Assembly: GCA_965153355.1 (NCBI GenBank)
Contig: OZ231126.1
Location: 41,044,001 to 41,108,000, forward strand
Direction of reading: 5' to 3'
Length of the DNA: 64,000 nt
Source of the DNA: Flaccisagitta enflata
Lineage: Eukaryota
The notes beneath the pieces were generated by a model. It was given only the letters and a program-made list of their open reading frames with translations. It had not been told where the DNA came from and did no database searches. Both the position numbers and the translations under genes were made by a program. Each line of letters opens with the position of its first letter. Positions within the stretch are counted from its first letter, which is position 1. This document shows, piece after piece, positions 49,367-64,000 of this stretch.

Positions 49367-52310
49367 CTTCATTTTGCCGCTCCTCTCCATTAACGAGGTT
49401 GCCACCACTACCAGTCGCACTTGCAGGAGTGTCTATCAACGTGACAGCAGGAAAAAAAATAGGATATTATAGCTGTAGATATATTCATCATAGTAGAAAC
49501 AAACAAATTATGTAACATCTCTATCATTAAGAAATACGAGAGAATGAGAATCAGTTGTTTTAACAGTCAGTTGGTTGGTAAAGGACTGATTTTTTTCTTT
49601 GTTTCGCTTCGTTTGTTTGATTGCTTTTGTTATGTTGTCTCTTATCGTTGTGCTGTTTACAATGAGAGCATAAAAAGTGACTGCGAAAAACAAATCGAAA
49701 TAACCAATGAGAAAATCTCATGCGACAAGTCAAATGTTAAAACAAGAGCTTATTAAACAGAAAAATAACGGAAATGCTAAGGTGATGGCAAAAAAATGAA
49801 AAAGATAAAACAATGCGTGGACAAGTAGTTAAGTTACAAAGTCTTACACCATTTTGTTAAGACTACATTTAGTAATTCATCAAACACCATCATCCTCTTT
49901 TGAGGGAAGACTGTATTGTAAAACGCCCCATGATTGGACTTGTTCATTGATGTTTCACCGATTCATTCCCAAGTTCAGAAAAAAATTCATGTCAATGATT
50001 TGGAATAAATATGGAATTTGAAATAGATGCTAGTGCTACGTTTTTTGGTCAATTTCAACTGAAGGGGGTGTTGTGCAAAATTGAAATTATCTTACCATAA
50101 TTTCAAAGCATTTTTTTTTCAAGTTGCAACCGTGGCTACAACTTGCTCTCTTCGCTCTTTGTCTGCAATTTCAACCAAAATAAAAAAAATCGCCACACGT
50201 GAGATAGATTGATTCATCGATTCCTCATCAAAAATTACATCGCGAGTAAGTCAAACATGTCATGATAATTCCGTAAAGCTGATCAAGACGAAATCAACTG
50301 TCAGTGCAGTACGATCGCTTGATCAATTCGTAGATGTCGCTTATTCAATATAGACAATGAATACATAAAATCATTGAGTTTTCCCTTGAATCAATTCCAA
50401 ATCATCGCTTATCTACCATCTTTCATTGAACTTACCATTTCTCTCTGGGTCGACTGAGTTGTCCTTTTTCCCCGACTTCATGCACACGATGATGATGATG
50501 ATGACGATAACAATAACGAGAATGACGCCGATAACAATGCCGGCGATCGCACCACCGCTCAATGCGCCTGGTAAAGGGTTGAATGAATTGGATTACAGCA
50601 AAGAAAAGACGGATGGATGGAATGATGTAAAAAATTGAACAAATTCATGAGTGAAATTTGATCATTCAAATAGAATCAATACATGGCATGAATCAGTAAA
50701 GGTGAGGTTGAATTTGCATCAACACGTGAATGTAACAACACATGAACACATGAAACTAGATGAATAAAAGAATGAATCAATGAATCAATGAATGAAATAA
50801 TGAATGAACGAAAGAAAAAATGAATGAATGAATGAATGAATGAATGAATGAATGAATGAATGAATGAATGAAGCAATTAATGAATAAAAGAATGAATGAA
50901 TGAATGAATGAATGAATGAATGAATGAATGAATGAATGAATATAAAAATGAATGAATAAATGAATGAATGAATGAAGGGAGGAAGAAAAAAAATGAATAA
51001 AAGAAAGAATGAATGTATGAACGAATAAATGAATGTAAGAATGAGTGAATGAATGAATGAATGAATGAATAGAATAAAGCATCAATCGAAGAAATAGCTT
51101 TCGTCTCAGATGGAATCACAACGTGAAATGCTTGTGCCGAGAAACTTAAGTTCATGAAAGCAAGTTGTTATGAAATGACAAAAAGTGATGTTACATTCGT
51201 AGTAGAAGATTATGTCTGCTAAACATATGAGTGTGAACGGTTATTACTTGATGATGATCCTGTCCCGACAGTGGACACTTCCGGTTGAGCCGCCGCCGTC
51301 GTGGTCGGGTCAGCGGGCAGGCCGGAACTGCCGGCCACAGAACTCAGCGTCTCTCCGTTTACGGTGACGGCGAAAGTCCCGCCGTTGATGCCGGCCTCGA
51401 GGTATCCGGCGGCCGCTTGAAAGTCCGGATCTCCCTCCAGCTGGAGAATCACACCCTCCACAATGATGCTGCCTGTGGTTGAAAGGGGGACGTTGTGGGA
51501 TAGGAGAGGGAGAAGAGGAAGAGGATGGGGAGAAGGAAGAGAGACAAATTGGTAGATATGGCGTTTTCATATGATCAGCGGGCTTGATTGAAAGATAATA
51601 TTAATAGCTGATTGAGAGATAGTAGCTTTTATGGTTAAAGATAAGAAAATTTGATGTACTCTTAGCAAAATGTAAAACAACTTTCGAAATTGGTTGATAA
51701 CCACAGCCGTCGCGTCTAGGGATATATGCTACAACTCTACTGAAAACAAACTGGGAAGTAAAGGAGCTAAAAAACAATCAAATAAGGCCAGATAGTGAGA
51801 TACAAGGTGCACAACGACCGACCAGGTCGCCTGAAAGTGGGCAGGGGCTGTGATTTAAGAGGCATCTAAGAATTTTATACAAGGACAGTGAAAGAAAAAA
51901 AAGGAAAAGTGGAAGAACAATCCAACGTACAGACAAACGCACATAGCGACCACCAGATAGGCATACGGAGTGGCGTAAATGCCTCAATAAACCTCTATTC
52001 AACCATGAGCAGTTGAGCACAATATAATTGGAGCGCGCAGTACATTTATGAACTTTACATTTTTTTAGGGGGAATAACAAATATGGCAGTAAGCTGACCC
52101 GTACCTGCGCTAAGCGTGATATTTTCTTTGGGTATCCGGGAGTAGTTTCCGGTAATGTAGTTTTTTAGACCAGACCATCGCGCGGCCTCCATGACGATGG
52201 CATCAATCAGATCAGATCGATTCGATCCGCTCGCGTATGTCGCGTAGTCTCCGTCCATCTGTAAATAATTAAACAAAATTCTATTACTTACTTTTGTATT
52301 CTTGGCTTTG

Positions 52311-52386
<76 letters not shown>

Positions 52387-54776
52387 AACTTAGCTGTTAT
52401 TTTTTTTTCTCGAAAGGACGAAATTGAAGGAAAACAAAGCCGTAACACTCCCCAAGGCCCCTCAGTAGTGGACAGGTGGGCAGGGACAGTTATGTCGAAA
52501 CCGCTCGCAAATCAGAAATGTGACGTGACGTGACCGATGACCGACCGACGGACCGACACGGCAAGTTCAAGAGTCACGTGTCCGCGACTAAAAAGTATCA
52601 TTTTTCTCCGATCCAATCGATATTTCCCTCCAGCTACAACCTCTCCTCATCTTCACTTATTTATACCACCGAAACCCACCTCTTGATCTTCTATATCCTA
52701 TTCAATTCCTTGATTTATATCTTCATTAACCCATCTGTCTTCGCCCCCCCCTCATCCTTTTGTTGGTTACTGGAGTGACATACTAGCCTCTTCACCGACC
52801 CACAACAATGCATACGGCCCCCCGCCCTTCCTTCCTCTTACCCCCTTTCAACACACCTTGAAAGAAAATGGATATGTTTTGTTGGTAGCTGGAGTGACAT
52901 CCACCGTCGCGATGGTGACATTTTGCTGTGGCGCGTCCAATGTGATGTTGCCAACTTGCAAACTGATTCCTCCGCTGGACAAATCGTTTTGTAAATTGGA
53001 AGTTGTATTCTCCAAAGCCTCAAGAGCGCTGGCGTCACTTCCCGTCGCTTCTACTTCGAAATCCACGATAACACTCCCTGAAGAGAGGGTGAATGAATGA
53101 ATGAACGAATGAATATGAATATAGAAAAAGTATTAATCTTTGAATGAATGAATGGCATTTGTGATCGTGGCACACTTGCATGTCGGATTTGACATCTGTT
53201 ACTCTGACATCATTCCCTCCCAATACCAAATACATGTACCTGCTCTGACATCTGTGACGGTGACATCATTCCCGCCTAATTTTGCCTTCATGGCATTCGC
53301 GAAATCTTCCTTAAATTCTTCCTTTTTGGTCGGATTATCCAGTCCGAGATCGCTGAAGTTAGCATTCATCGTCATGCCCATGGCCACTTTCGGTTTTGGA
53401 GGTTCAGGGGCTAAAAATGAAAATGAATCGTTTATTGTCATTCGTCGTTACATAATATCATTCATTGTAATTTAGTGTCATTCATTGTAATTCAATGTCC
53501 TCTCCATGACCACGTCATGTTTTGGTGGTTCGGTACCTGAAAATGTCAATTGTCGTTGTTCATTACTATCTTCGTCTCGAGCTGCCAGTTCAGTGCATAC
53601 AAGTTAAGAATACTTAAACGTGGTCTCAAACTATAACTTATAACTACTGAGAATGAGAGCTGCGCTAGTGGAATCAAATCCGCCAATCAGGTACTCACGT
53701 GCTAGCGTAGGCGGCGCCGTTGGTGGCGGCGTAGTCGTCGTTGGTACTGCAGTGGTCACATCAGCCGCAGTTGTTGCCGCTGCTGTACTTCCACTTGCTG
53801 TTGAGCCCGCTTCCGTGGAGCCCGTAACTGTGGATGCAGCGTTGGAGCCTGATTCCGTGGAGCCTGTAACCGTAGAAGCAGCGGAGGAGCCTGCTTCCGT
53901 GGAGCCCGCAACCGTAGAAGCAGCGGAGGAGCCTGCATCTGTAGAGCTCGCAACCGTAGATGCTGCGGAGGAGCCTGCATCCGTGGAGCCAGCTACCGTT
54001 GAGCCTACCACAGTGGATCCGGCTGTGGAGCCAGCTTCTGTGGATCCCGTAACTGTGGATGCTGCTGAAGATCCTGCATTCGTCGATCCTGCTGCTGTTG
54101 AACCTGTCGCTGTGGATCCTGCATCCGTCGATCCTGCTGCTGTGGAACCTGTCGCTTTGAATCCTGCTACCGTTGATGCTGCGGTAGAGCCTATTGCAGT
54201 AGAGCCTGCTTCCGTAATAGTAGAGCCCGCTGCCGTGGACGCAGCAGTGGATGATGCTGCTGTGGATCCCGCCACTGTCGATGCAGCGGTGGATCCTGCT
54301 GCGGTAGAACCTGTGGCAGTAGAACCTGCTGCTGTAACAGAGGAGCCTGCAACTGTTACCGTTGGGCTTGCCTCTGGGCAGGAACAGACTGTTGCAGTGA
54401 CGGTGGAGCCTGCTTCTGTGACAGTAGATCCTGCTACAGTGACGGTTGATCCTGTTGCTGTTACTGTAGAGCCCGCATCTGTAACTGTGGAGCCTGAAGC
54501 TGTTACAGTCGATCCCGAATCAGTGGCTGTAGAGCTTGCCGCCGTAACCGTTGAACCTGCCTCCGGACACGAACAGGCTGTCGCAGTCACGGTGGAGGCA
54601 GCTTCTGTGACAGTGGATCCTGCGTCTGTAGCTGTGGATCCTGTCACTGTGGACGTGGGTTCCGCTGTGCTGCTGCTTTGAGCCGTAGTCGAAGTCGTCG
54701 TCAGCAGTAGCAGCATCAAAACCACCAATGTCATCTTATTCATCATCATCCTCATCGAAATAGTTGATTGATTCAT
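49367..54776 (-). CDS. Type I transmembrane mucin-like protein with two SEA-like modules (final exon uncertain)
   Basis: Exons 54776-53699, 53410-53240, 53077-52857, 52258-52105, 51472-51248, 50567-50436, 49432-49367, all in phase (~680 aa). Signal peptide (TLVVLMLLLL), S/T/A/G repeats, SEA-type G-SVIVDF and G-SIIVEG, TM LSGGAIAGIVIGVILVIVIVIIIIIVC followed by MKSGKK. Confidence 0.85.
50436..50567 (-). CDS. Mucin transmembrane exon
   Basis: LSGGAIAGIVIG TM signature; ccag| acceptor and G|gtaagt donor. Confidence 0.88.
53699..54776 (-). CDS. Mucin exon: signal peptide plus Ser/Thr-rich repeat domain
   Basis: ORF 53631-54776; donor C|gtgagt at 53698. Confidence 0.88.
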
Positions 54777-55146
54777 TCTATTTCTCGTTTTGTTAATTTT
54801 ATTTATTGTTTGTTTTTATTCTATTTCTGGTTTCTTTCTAAAATTCAGTCTTCCTCTTAATGCTGATAAGATTTTGTTCTGTAAGTGTTAATAGAAAAAA
54901 AAAAACATCATCAATCATCAACATCATCATCACCCGAAAACAAGGCCGCGGACACGGAAGTAAGGACGCGCACATCTAAAAAAGTTACGAACCGACTGAC
55001 CGGCACAGCAAGGTGAAGAGTCTGTTAAGATAACTATGAATTGGGTGAATAAGGAACATTGGTCAAAAGCATGGTGGCATTAATGCCCTGTCGTTGGGCA
55101 GAAACAGTGGAAATGTGCACATATTTGACAGACAGACATGCAGGCC

Positions 55147-55200
<54 letters not shown>

Positions 55201-56247
55201 TGTAGTCAGCTTCCGAAAAGGTATTTTTAGGAAACAGGACGAGTGAACAACAGAGGCAGTAAGTGACAGCGTTAATACGTTTTTGACTAATGCTTACATT
55301 GGGCAATGACTAAAACTGACAAACTGGCAAACACATATATGCAGAAAAGTGACCAACGGGCTACTGCAAAGAAGATGCAAAGATATGCACGCTGAAGTAA
55401 AGAAGTGACTTTACTTCCAAACATTGACCGGTTTTTGAAATACTGGAATAGCCGAGTTTATTCCGTCTCGTAACGACGCATAAAAATAATCTGATTACTA
55501 AAAAAATACCGGGTAATCCAAAATAAGTATTTCAGATTCTTTGAAAAAAATTCCCCTATTTGTCTTTATGGGTATGCACTTCATTTTTTTATAAGAACAT
55601 CATTTTTTGGCTAAAGCCTTAAAAAGAGATAAAGATACAATGTTCTCAATTTTGGAGCAATTGCAAGCCTTAATGTTTCCATAAACTAGGCTTCTATGAG
55701 AAAAAGAAATGTATATAGGATTCAAAACCTGAAAGACTGAAAGATTGAAAGAAATTGAAATTTTTTTTCTCCTCGCATAGTTATGCTGTGTTTCAAACCT
55801 TATATCATCATTGTACTTTCGATCATGTTAGAAAACATATTTTTTTTCATGCCAACCATTGCGAACGGCCATTTTTTTTCAGTCACCCGTTACGAACGGT
55901 CGTGCGCGTGTCGAGGCGTCGATGGGAGCCAACTAGACATTAGACACGTCTTATCTGTGTGCATTTGGAATAAACAAAAGGAATAGATTAAAAAAAAAGA
56001 ACAACCAATATTCTCATCGATCGTCATTCGTAAATAGACAAAAACAAAAAAAAAATTGTGTCGGTTTGCAATTCGGAAAGCCAGTTTTTTTTTTTTTTTT
56101 TTTTTTTTTTTCTATTGTTCTTTTTTTTCTCATCTTTCTGGGATATACGAATGGCAGAAATCTGTGCCAATGTTGCCAAGAGACAAATCGGCTTTGGCTT
56201 ATTTTAGTCACCCGCGTGTCGGTTGTCAGTTTTCGCTTAAGATATAG

Positions 56248-56372
<125 letters not shown>

Positions 56373-57050
56373 ATTGTTGTTGTTGTTTTTGTCTGACTGA
56401 GCTGTTCTTGTAGTCTAGGATAGGTAAAATTTTCTGCCGAATCCAATGGTCTGGGTCAGAACACTCAATATTGATGTCTTCATGCACTTTGATTTCACAA
56501 GTTATTTTTTTTTGACGGCCAAACTTGTTCAAGGAATTAAGTATCTTTTAATTAGGTTAGATACAAAAAATGAAGTTTAGGAAATAAAATTAAAGTAACA
56601 AAAATTAATCCTCCAGTTTTAGCCGGATTCGCTCGGAAAGTACTGTATTTTTTTTTGGAGAAAAGAAGTTGTTGAAAAAAAGTTCCAAATCATCTAATCA
56701 AGCTCTGCACATATCGTCTGGTTGAGCCCTGTTTAACCAACCAAGCAGCCATCCAACCATTGGTAAAAGAGGCCGGCAGACTTTCACTTTTATGCTTAAA
56801 GATTCTTGATAACGGCGATGAGTTGGAACTGATATCATTTAAAGGCCAGATTGCATTGGCAGGACAATATGACCGAAACAAATTCTTCAGAGACAACGAA
56901 TCATTCTGACTTCTCCAGACGGAGTTTAAGACAGTTCATATATAAGAGAACTTTATTAGTCGCATGCTACGCGTCTCTACACCAGACCTGTACATCCTGC
57001 TTTCCTTCCGAGTAGCATATATTTTTCCTGAAAATCTTCCGACTAGTCTA

Positions 57051-57660
57051 CTACCTTGGAAATAAATATACGGACAGCTGGAAAAAAGTTGGCCTTTTCA
57101 CTCACTGAATGAAGTATATGCCCATATCATTAAATTTTTAGTCATTATATGGTATTTTGATCTATCAAGAGTTTCTGTTTTGACTTTTATGGGATTCGTC
57201 TATTTATTTTTCATCTTGAATCCGTGTATCCTTTGCCTCTCAAAAAGCAACAAAAAATTTAAGAATCAGTTTTGTTTTCTTTTATTACTAGATAATTTCA
57301 GGGCATTATGATTGACTGCAGTCCTCAATTATTTCAACAATCAAGAAATTTGTCAAAAATGTGATCTATTGAGATCAAGCAGAATGATTTTGCTCAATTC
57401 CTTTAGATATGAGTGCCATTTCAATGTAGGTTGTCCTTTGAAGATATGAACTGAAAACCTCTAAATTAGATTTGGTAAAATGACAGTTTTCTTCAAAACG
57501 CTCTCATTTGGTAATGGATTGAGCTACCATGCTCTGCTTGGTCTTGAATGGAAGATTTTTTGTCATAGTTTTTATGGATCTGCTTTCATTGTTTTATTGG
57601 ATATGAAAGTTTAGCTGCTATAATCATGGTTAGGTGTCCGTATACTTATTTCAAAGATAG
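57051..57660. mobile_element. TA-flanked MITE, copy 2 (opposite orientation)
   Basis: Reverse complement of 31440-32041 along its length. Confidence 0.88.
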
Positions 57661-58159
57661 TAGCTATGCACTCCTATGCCTTTTCATGCATTACTATGTT
57701 TTTCTGTACTTTAATGAGCAAAACAAACAATAACTCATTTTCAGACACGTTCCATGAACTTTAGAAACAAAAAACGACAGTTTTAAGTTGGGGTGCAAAG
57801 GCAGAGTTTCAGTTTCAGTCCCTATCTATAACTATATTCATGACTTTATTGAATTTTTTTTTTTTAAAAATCAGTTTTCTTGTTTATTGTTATAAAATTA
57901 GATTCTGAAACCTAGTATGATAAAGGCATTGCTTTGTTAATTATTTGCTTTGTTTAATAATTCATAGAGATCAGAAATACTCCATGTACAAATGTAAGTA
58001 ATAGTTTCGTTAAAAATGGTAGTACAAGAATTTAAAACCGTCAAGGGAAAAATTCTAAGACTTAAATTTGCATATTTTGCGACCACCGGGATTTGAACTG
58101 TTTCTAAATGTTTGGATTCACTTTGGAACCTTTACAGTCATCAAACTTATGATTCATTC

Positions 58160-58238
<79 letters not shown>

Positions 58239-58689
58239 TTCATTCTATTTTTCCTTTTTTTTATTCTTTCTTTTTTTCGCCTTTTTTCCCCTTTCCCTTT
58301 CCTTCCTTCCTTCCTTCCTTCCTTCCTTCCTTCTTTCCTTCTCTCCTTCTTTCCTTCCTTCCTTCCAAACCTTCCGAGAGGCATCCAGCCCTTCCGAGTA
58401 GCGGCGCTACTCGCTACTACAAGATGTACAGGTCTGCTCTACACCCCGCTTTGTCGGTCGGTCTGTCCATCCATCCATCCATCGGCCGGTTCTTCCGTCG
58501 GTCAGTCCGTCTATCACACTTTACTTTTTGGTTGTTTTTTTTTTTTTTGCAGTGTTTGGCCTCACCGCTCCATTCCAAATGATGAAGTGAGCTCAAATAC
58601 AGCCCCTGCCCACCCGCACGCGACTGGGGTAGCCATGTATCCGGCCTTATTTTCCATTTACTTCATAATGTACATGATGTAGAGAGAGT

Positions 58690-58785
<96 letters not shown>

Positions 58786-59117
58786 AAATGATGGGCAAAA
58801 TCAGAACCAGGCGAAGGGGGCGATATGAAAACAAACAAACGGTAGATACTAATATCAAATAAAGTGTATCACAACGGATGGACGGACGGGAAAAGAGCGT
58901 CAAATAAAAAAAAAGATTTTAAATTAACACGTGTTTTTGCGGTAAGAAAAAAAATTAAGAGGTGGTGGGTGATAATGATTTTTTTTTATGAAAGGGAATT
59001 AGGGAAACAAAAAAAAAAAAGATATTCCAATCGATATTCCACATTCTAGATCGGTAATTGAGACTCAAGCTCCATCGATTGTTTTTCCATGTATATCATG
59101 ACAACGCCACTCTGGCC

Positions 59118-59203
<86 letters not shown>

Positions 59204-59238
59204 TCCAGAAAAATGGAGATTGAAACCACCTAGTATCC

Positions 59239-59365
<127 letters not shown>

Positions 59366-59549
59366 ACCTATACGTGTCCAGGAGTCGTGTGGGGGAGGGG
59401 GAAGTTAAGCGAGAAAGCGAGATTTGTGTTTGCGTGTGTTACCTAGACATCGGAAATACGGATGCAACCGCATGGGATCAGGAGGAGGAAGGGGCGGAGG
59501 AGGATTTTAATAATGATGATGATGATGATGATGATGATGCTACAGTGAC

Positions 59550-59550
59550 G

Positions 59551-59644
<94 letters not shown>

Positions 59645-60261
59645 CGTTGCTTGCCGGGTAGGGGAGGCTTACTTGGTTACGCGGCTATACGGCCACCAAA
59701 TTAGGCTCATGCACTTTGGCCTGTTTGGAGACTCTATGTTCAGATGTGTCTCCCTAGCTAGGGCATGAGCAGGAAATCACTTCACTGCAAGAGCTTAGTT
59801 TTGGGGTACTACCCTACACTTCCAGAAATGTTTTGGTCAGGCGGTTTTTTAATTTTCAGACGGAAGAATAGATGAAAAATAATTTTTGACGGTTCTTACA
59901 GCAAGCTTTTTTCGCGCTCTTTTTCTTTCTATTTTTCAGCGGACTTTCCTATTCATAATTTTCTTAATAACTCATGGGGGAACTTTGTTTACAAAAGAAA
60001 TCAAGGAGTAGAATGCCATGGAAACCACCGGACACAACTTCATCAAATGATGTCTTTGTGTTGTCTTGTATATTCAGAGGGCTTACCCTCCCCTCTGAGC
60101 TAACTTATTTTTCAGAATGGATCATCCAGCGATCCCTTCAAACCCCACCACGAAGACTACTCTTCGAACGTCCGTTCAAAGGAGTTGGCCAAGGCGAGGC
60201 TCGAACCCGCAACCCAGCGGGCGAAATGCAGGCGCACTACCACTGTGCTTTCTCCCCCCCC
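59550..60261 (-). mobile_element. tRNA-derived SINE with (CAA)n tail
   Basis: Minus-strand head 60261-60185 has A-box AGCACAGTGG, D-stem GCAC/GTGC and B-box GGTTCGAGCC in a T-stem, but no acceptor stem; the body ends in (CAA)n. Confidence 0.65.
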
Positions 60262-60265
60262 GTCG

Positions 60266-61383
<1,118 letters not shown>

Positions 61384-61393
61384 TGAAGCGTTG

Positions 61394-62350
61394 CACTAAG
61401 GGCCACGGATTGCGCTAGATGGCTCCCTGGGTATTTAGGTGAAAATCTTTATCTCTGCTATATGGCTCAAACTAAGTAGAATGGTCATGGTAGCATTCGA
61501 ACATACATTACCAGTCCATTTGACAGGTTTGATGGCAATTTAGAGTGAAAAAAGGCGACCTAAATGGACATTCCTACGAAAAATGCGAAATTTCAAGAAA
61601 AATCAATGAATTTTTTGGATTATCTGTTAAGATTACAAAAAGCTCATGATATCTTCAACATTGGATTGGATTCCTTCATTAATGTATAAATGTCTAGAAA
61701 AATTTAAAAAATCATTATTTTTTACATTTTTAGCGCTATTAGATTAGTCTACTATTAGTACATATTTGACCTAATTTGTATGCTTTTATTACCCTATAAA
61801 TATAAAAAATCGCACAAGGACGCACAATGAGCCACCTATGCCAAAATGAAGTTCAAGGGGTCCTGAATCCAGAATGCTATGGCTCAAGGGGGCCTTCGAC
61901 GTCCAAATTTTGATTTTCTTGGCCTAAAATGGACAAGTAATAAAATGGATAAAAGTAAAAATCTATAGTTGATTGGAAGAAAAATGAGCAAAATGAGCTA
62001 AATGAGCAAAAAAATGATTTTTTTAGCACCTTATAAAGGAATCTTATTGATCAAAGACAAAAATTCAATTGATTTGGTCAAAACATTAGACAATTTAGAT
62101 ACTAAACTAAAGAGAGTTTAGCAGTATTTTTCACTTCATTTTCTCAAATTTCTCTTCTTTTGTACTCTAAGCTCATAAAGCTCTTTATCCAATAGAAATG
62201 AGTCAATATTGGATATAAATAGTTTCATAACATTTGAAAATATGAAGAAAAATGTTTTTCACTCTGTATATTTCATAAGGAACAATGTAATGGAAAAGAT
62301 GTAATGTTAATCCCCAATGAGCCACCTAGCGCACAATGCAGCCCACAGTG
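61394..62350. mobile_element. Transib-like non-autonomous element
   Basis: CACT...CACAGTG termini, imperfect ~38-bp TIRs (GCGCTAGATGGCTC / GAGCCACCTAGCGC), 5-bp TSD CGTTG. Confidence 0.8.
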
Positions 62351-62617
62351 CGTTGTTCTTGTTTTTTTCTGTGGTTTTCAAAGCTTTTGTTCCGCGACAT
62401 CTAAACTCTAGAAATTACAACTCTGAAAGAAAAAAGAGACGATGTAGAATTATTTTTTTATAGGGTTTTGGTAAAAATGAGCTCAGTAAAAAGCCCTTTC
62501 AACGAAACCCAATGGAACCTGATTTTCTCGGGCAAATTTCTCTGTAGCCACTGAAGTAATTGCTAGTAATAAAATCAACACAAACACACATGCAAAATAG
62601 CACATCAGAGCAAACGC

Positions 62618-62619
<2 letters not shown>

Positions 62620-62713
<94 letters not shown>

Positions 62714-62796
62714 TTCTTCCTTCTTTCTTCTTTCTTCTTTTTTCTTTCTTCTTTCTTCTTTCTTCGTTCTTCTTTCTCCTTTCTTCCTTCTTTCTG

Positions 62797-62860
<64 letters not shown>

Positions 62861-62863
62861 TTT

Positions 62864-62959
<96 letters not shown>

Positions 62960-63137
62960 TGATTCTTTGTTTCTTTGTTTCTTTCTTCCTGTCTTTGTTT
63001 CTTTGTTTGTTTCTTTGTTTGTTTGTTTGTTTGTTTGTTTGTTTCTTTGTTTTTTGTTTTATTACTTCTTTGTTTCTTTGCTTGTTTGTTTGTTTGATTG
63101 TTTGTTTGTTTGTTTGTTTCTTTCATTCATTTTTTTT

Positions 63138-63192
<55 letters not shown>

Positions 63193-63193
63193 C

Positions 63194-63256
<63 letters not shown>
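62620..63256. repeat. (CA)n-(TTTC)n-(TTTG)n compound microsatellite
   Basis: Direct reading. Confidence 0.95.
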
Positions 63257-63257
<1 letters not shown>

Positions 63258-64000
63258 ATATATAGATTCTTATATTTAGATGTTTAGAGGACAAAAACCA
63301 AGGTCGATTTTTTTTTAAGTGTATAGGTTGTTTTTCTGGTTTGTGGTCAGTTCCAACGCCCTCTCAATTTTGCCCCTTGACATCAAAATTGGTCACTCTG
63401 TTAACGAAGGATCATGATCCTGCGGACGGAAACCAGGTTTGAGCGGTTTGAAATGCAAGGAAAGCAGTTTATGACTAACACTAAGCTGACACAAAGATTT
63501 AAAGAAATAGCCTTTTTCAAGCCAAGGCTAGGACAAATTTCAGGGTAATCAACAATTTTTTTTTTTTTTTTTTTTTTGATTGACAAAAGTAATCTATTTT
63601 TCAATCAAGACAAAGCTATCACGGTCCTACTTGGATAAATTAAGAATCAATTAAACAAGGCCAACACCCATAAGTCGCGTGCGAGACTTAAACAATGACT
63701 TCAAATGACCTAGTATACTCTTAAATGACTTAAAATGGCTGAAGGGAAAAATGATAAAGAAAAGTAAAAGTGTGACGGACGGACAGACAGACTGACCAAC
63801 GGATGGACGGACGGACGGACGGACAAAGCGGGATGTAGAGTCAAGTGTATGCGACTAAAAATGTTTGCTTCCCACTTGAGACCGATGAAATGTCACTAAA
63901 TGATCAAATCAAGTTCCAATATTTCGATGTTAAGCATTTCAAAGACTATTTTTCTAACATTTTTTTTTTTGCACACCTTGACACTTTGGCTCTAAAAATG

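Noticed and set aside
53653-54681. 342-aa plus-strand ORF (VEPA repeats)
   Set aside because: Antisense shadow of the mucin exon; the minus frame has the signal peptide and splices in phase to the SEA and TM exons.
60185-60261. Possible tRNA gene on the minus strand
   Set aside because: D and T arms pair but the acceptor and anticodon stems do not; better explained as a SINE head.

Overview
Repeat-rich, intron-rich eukaryotic genomic DNA, most likely an invertebrate animal (inferred from a SEA-domain mucin and a Schlafen-like helicase; the species cannot be identified). Three multi-exon genes were assembled by hand from GT/AG junctions with consistent phase. (1) Minus strand, 23846 to <429: a plant-type C2-domain phospholipase D (C2 plus two HKD motifs, no PX/PH). 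An upstream exon (MGCASSK...) splices in frame and predicts a dually acylated N-terminus. The 3' end runs off the window. (2) Plus strand, 36396-44847: a ~1110-aa protein joining a permuted papain-like (PPPDE/LRAT-type H...NC) peptidase domain to a Schlafen-like SF1 P-loop helicase domain, a candidate undescribed innate-immune sensor-protease. (3) Minus strand, 54776 to ~49367: a type I membrane mucin with a Ser/Thr-rich ectodomain, two SEA-like modules and a TM helix. Introns and intergenic DNA are filled with microsatellites and non-autonomous DNA transposons: a ~5 kb MULE-like element with a 10-bp TSD, Transib-like, Chapaev-like and Tc1/mariner-like MITEs, Helentron/pearl-like elements, a tRNA-derived SINE and a probable LINE relic. 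All family assignments come from motif reading only; no database searches were run.
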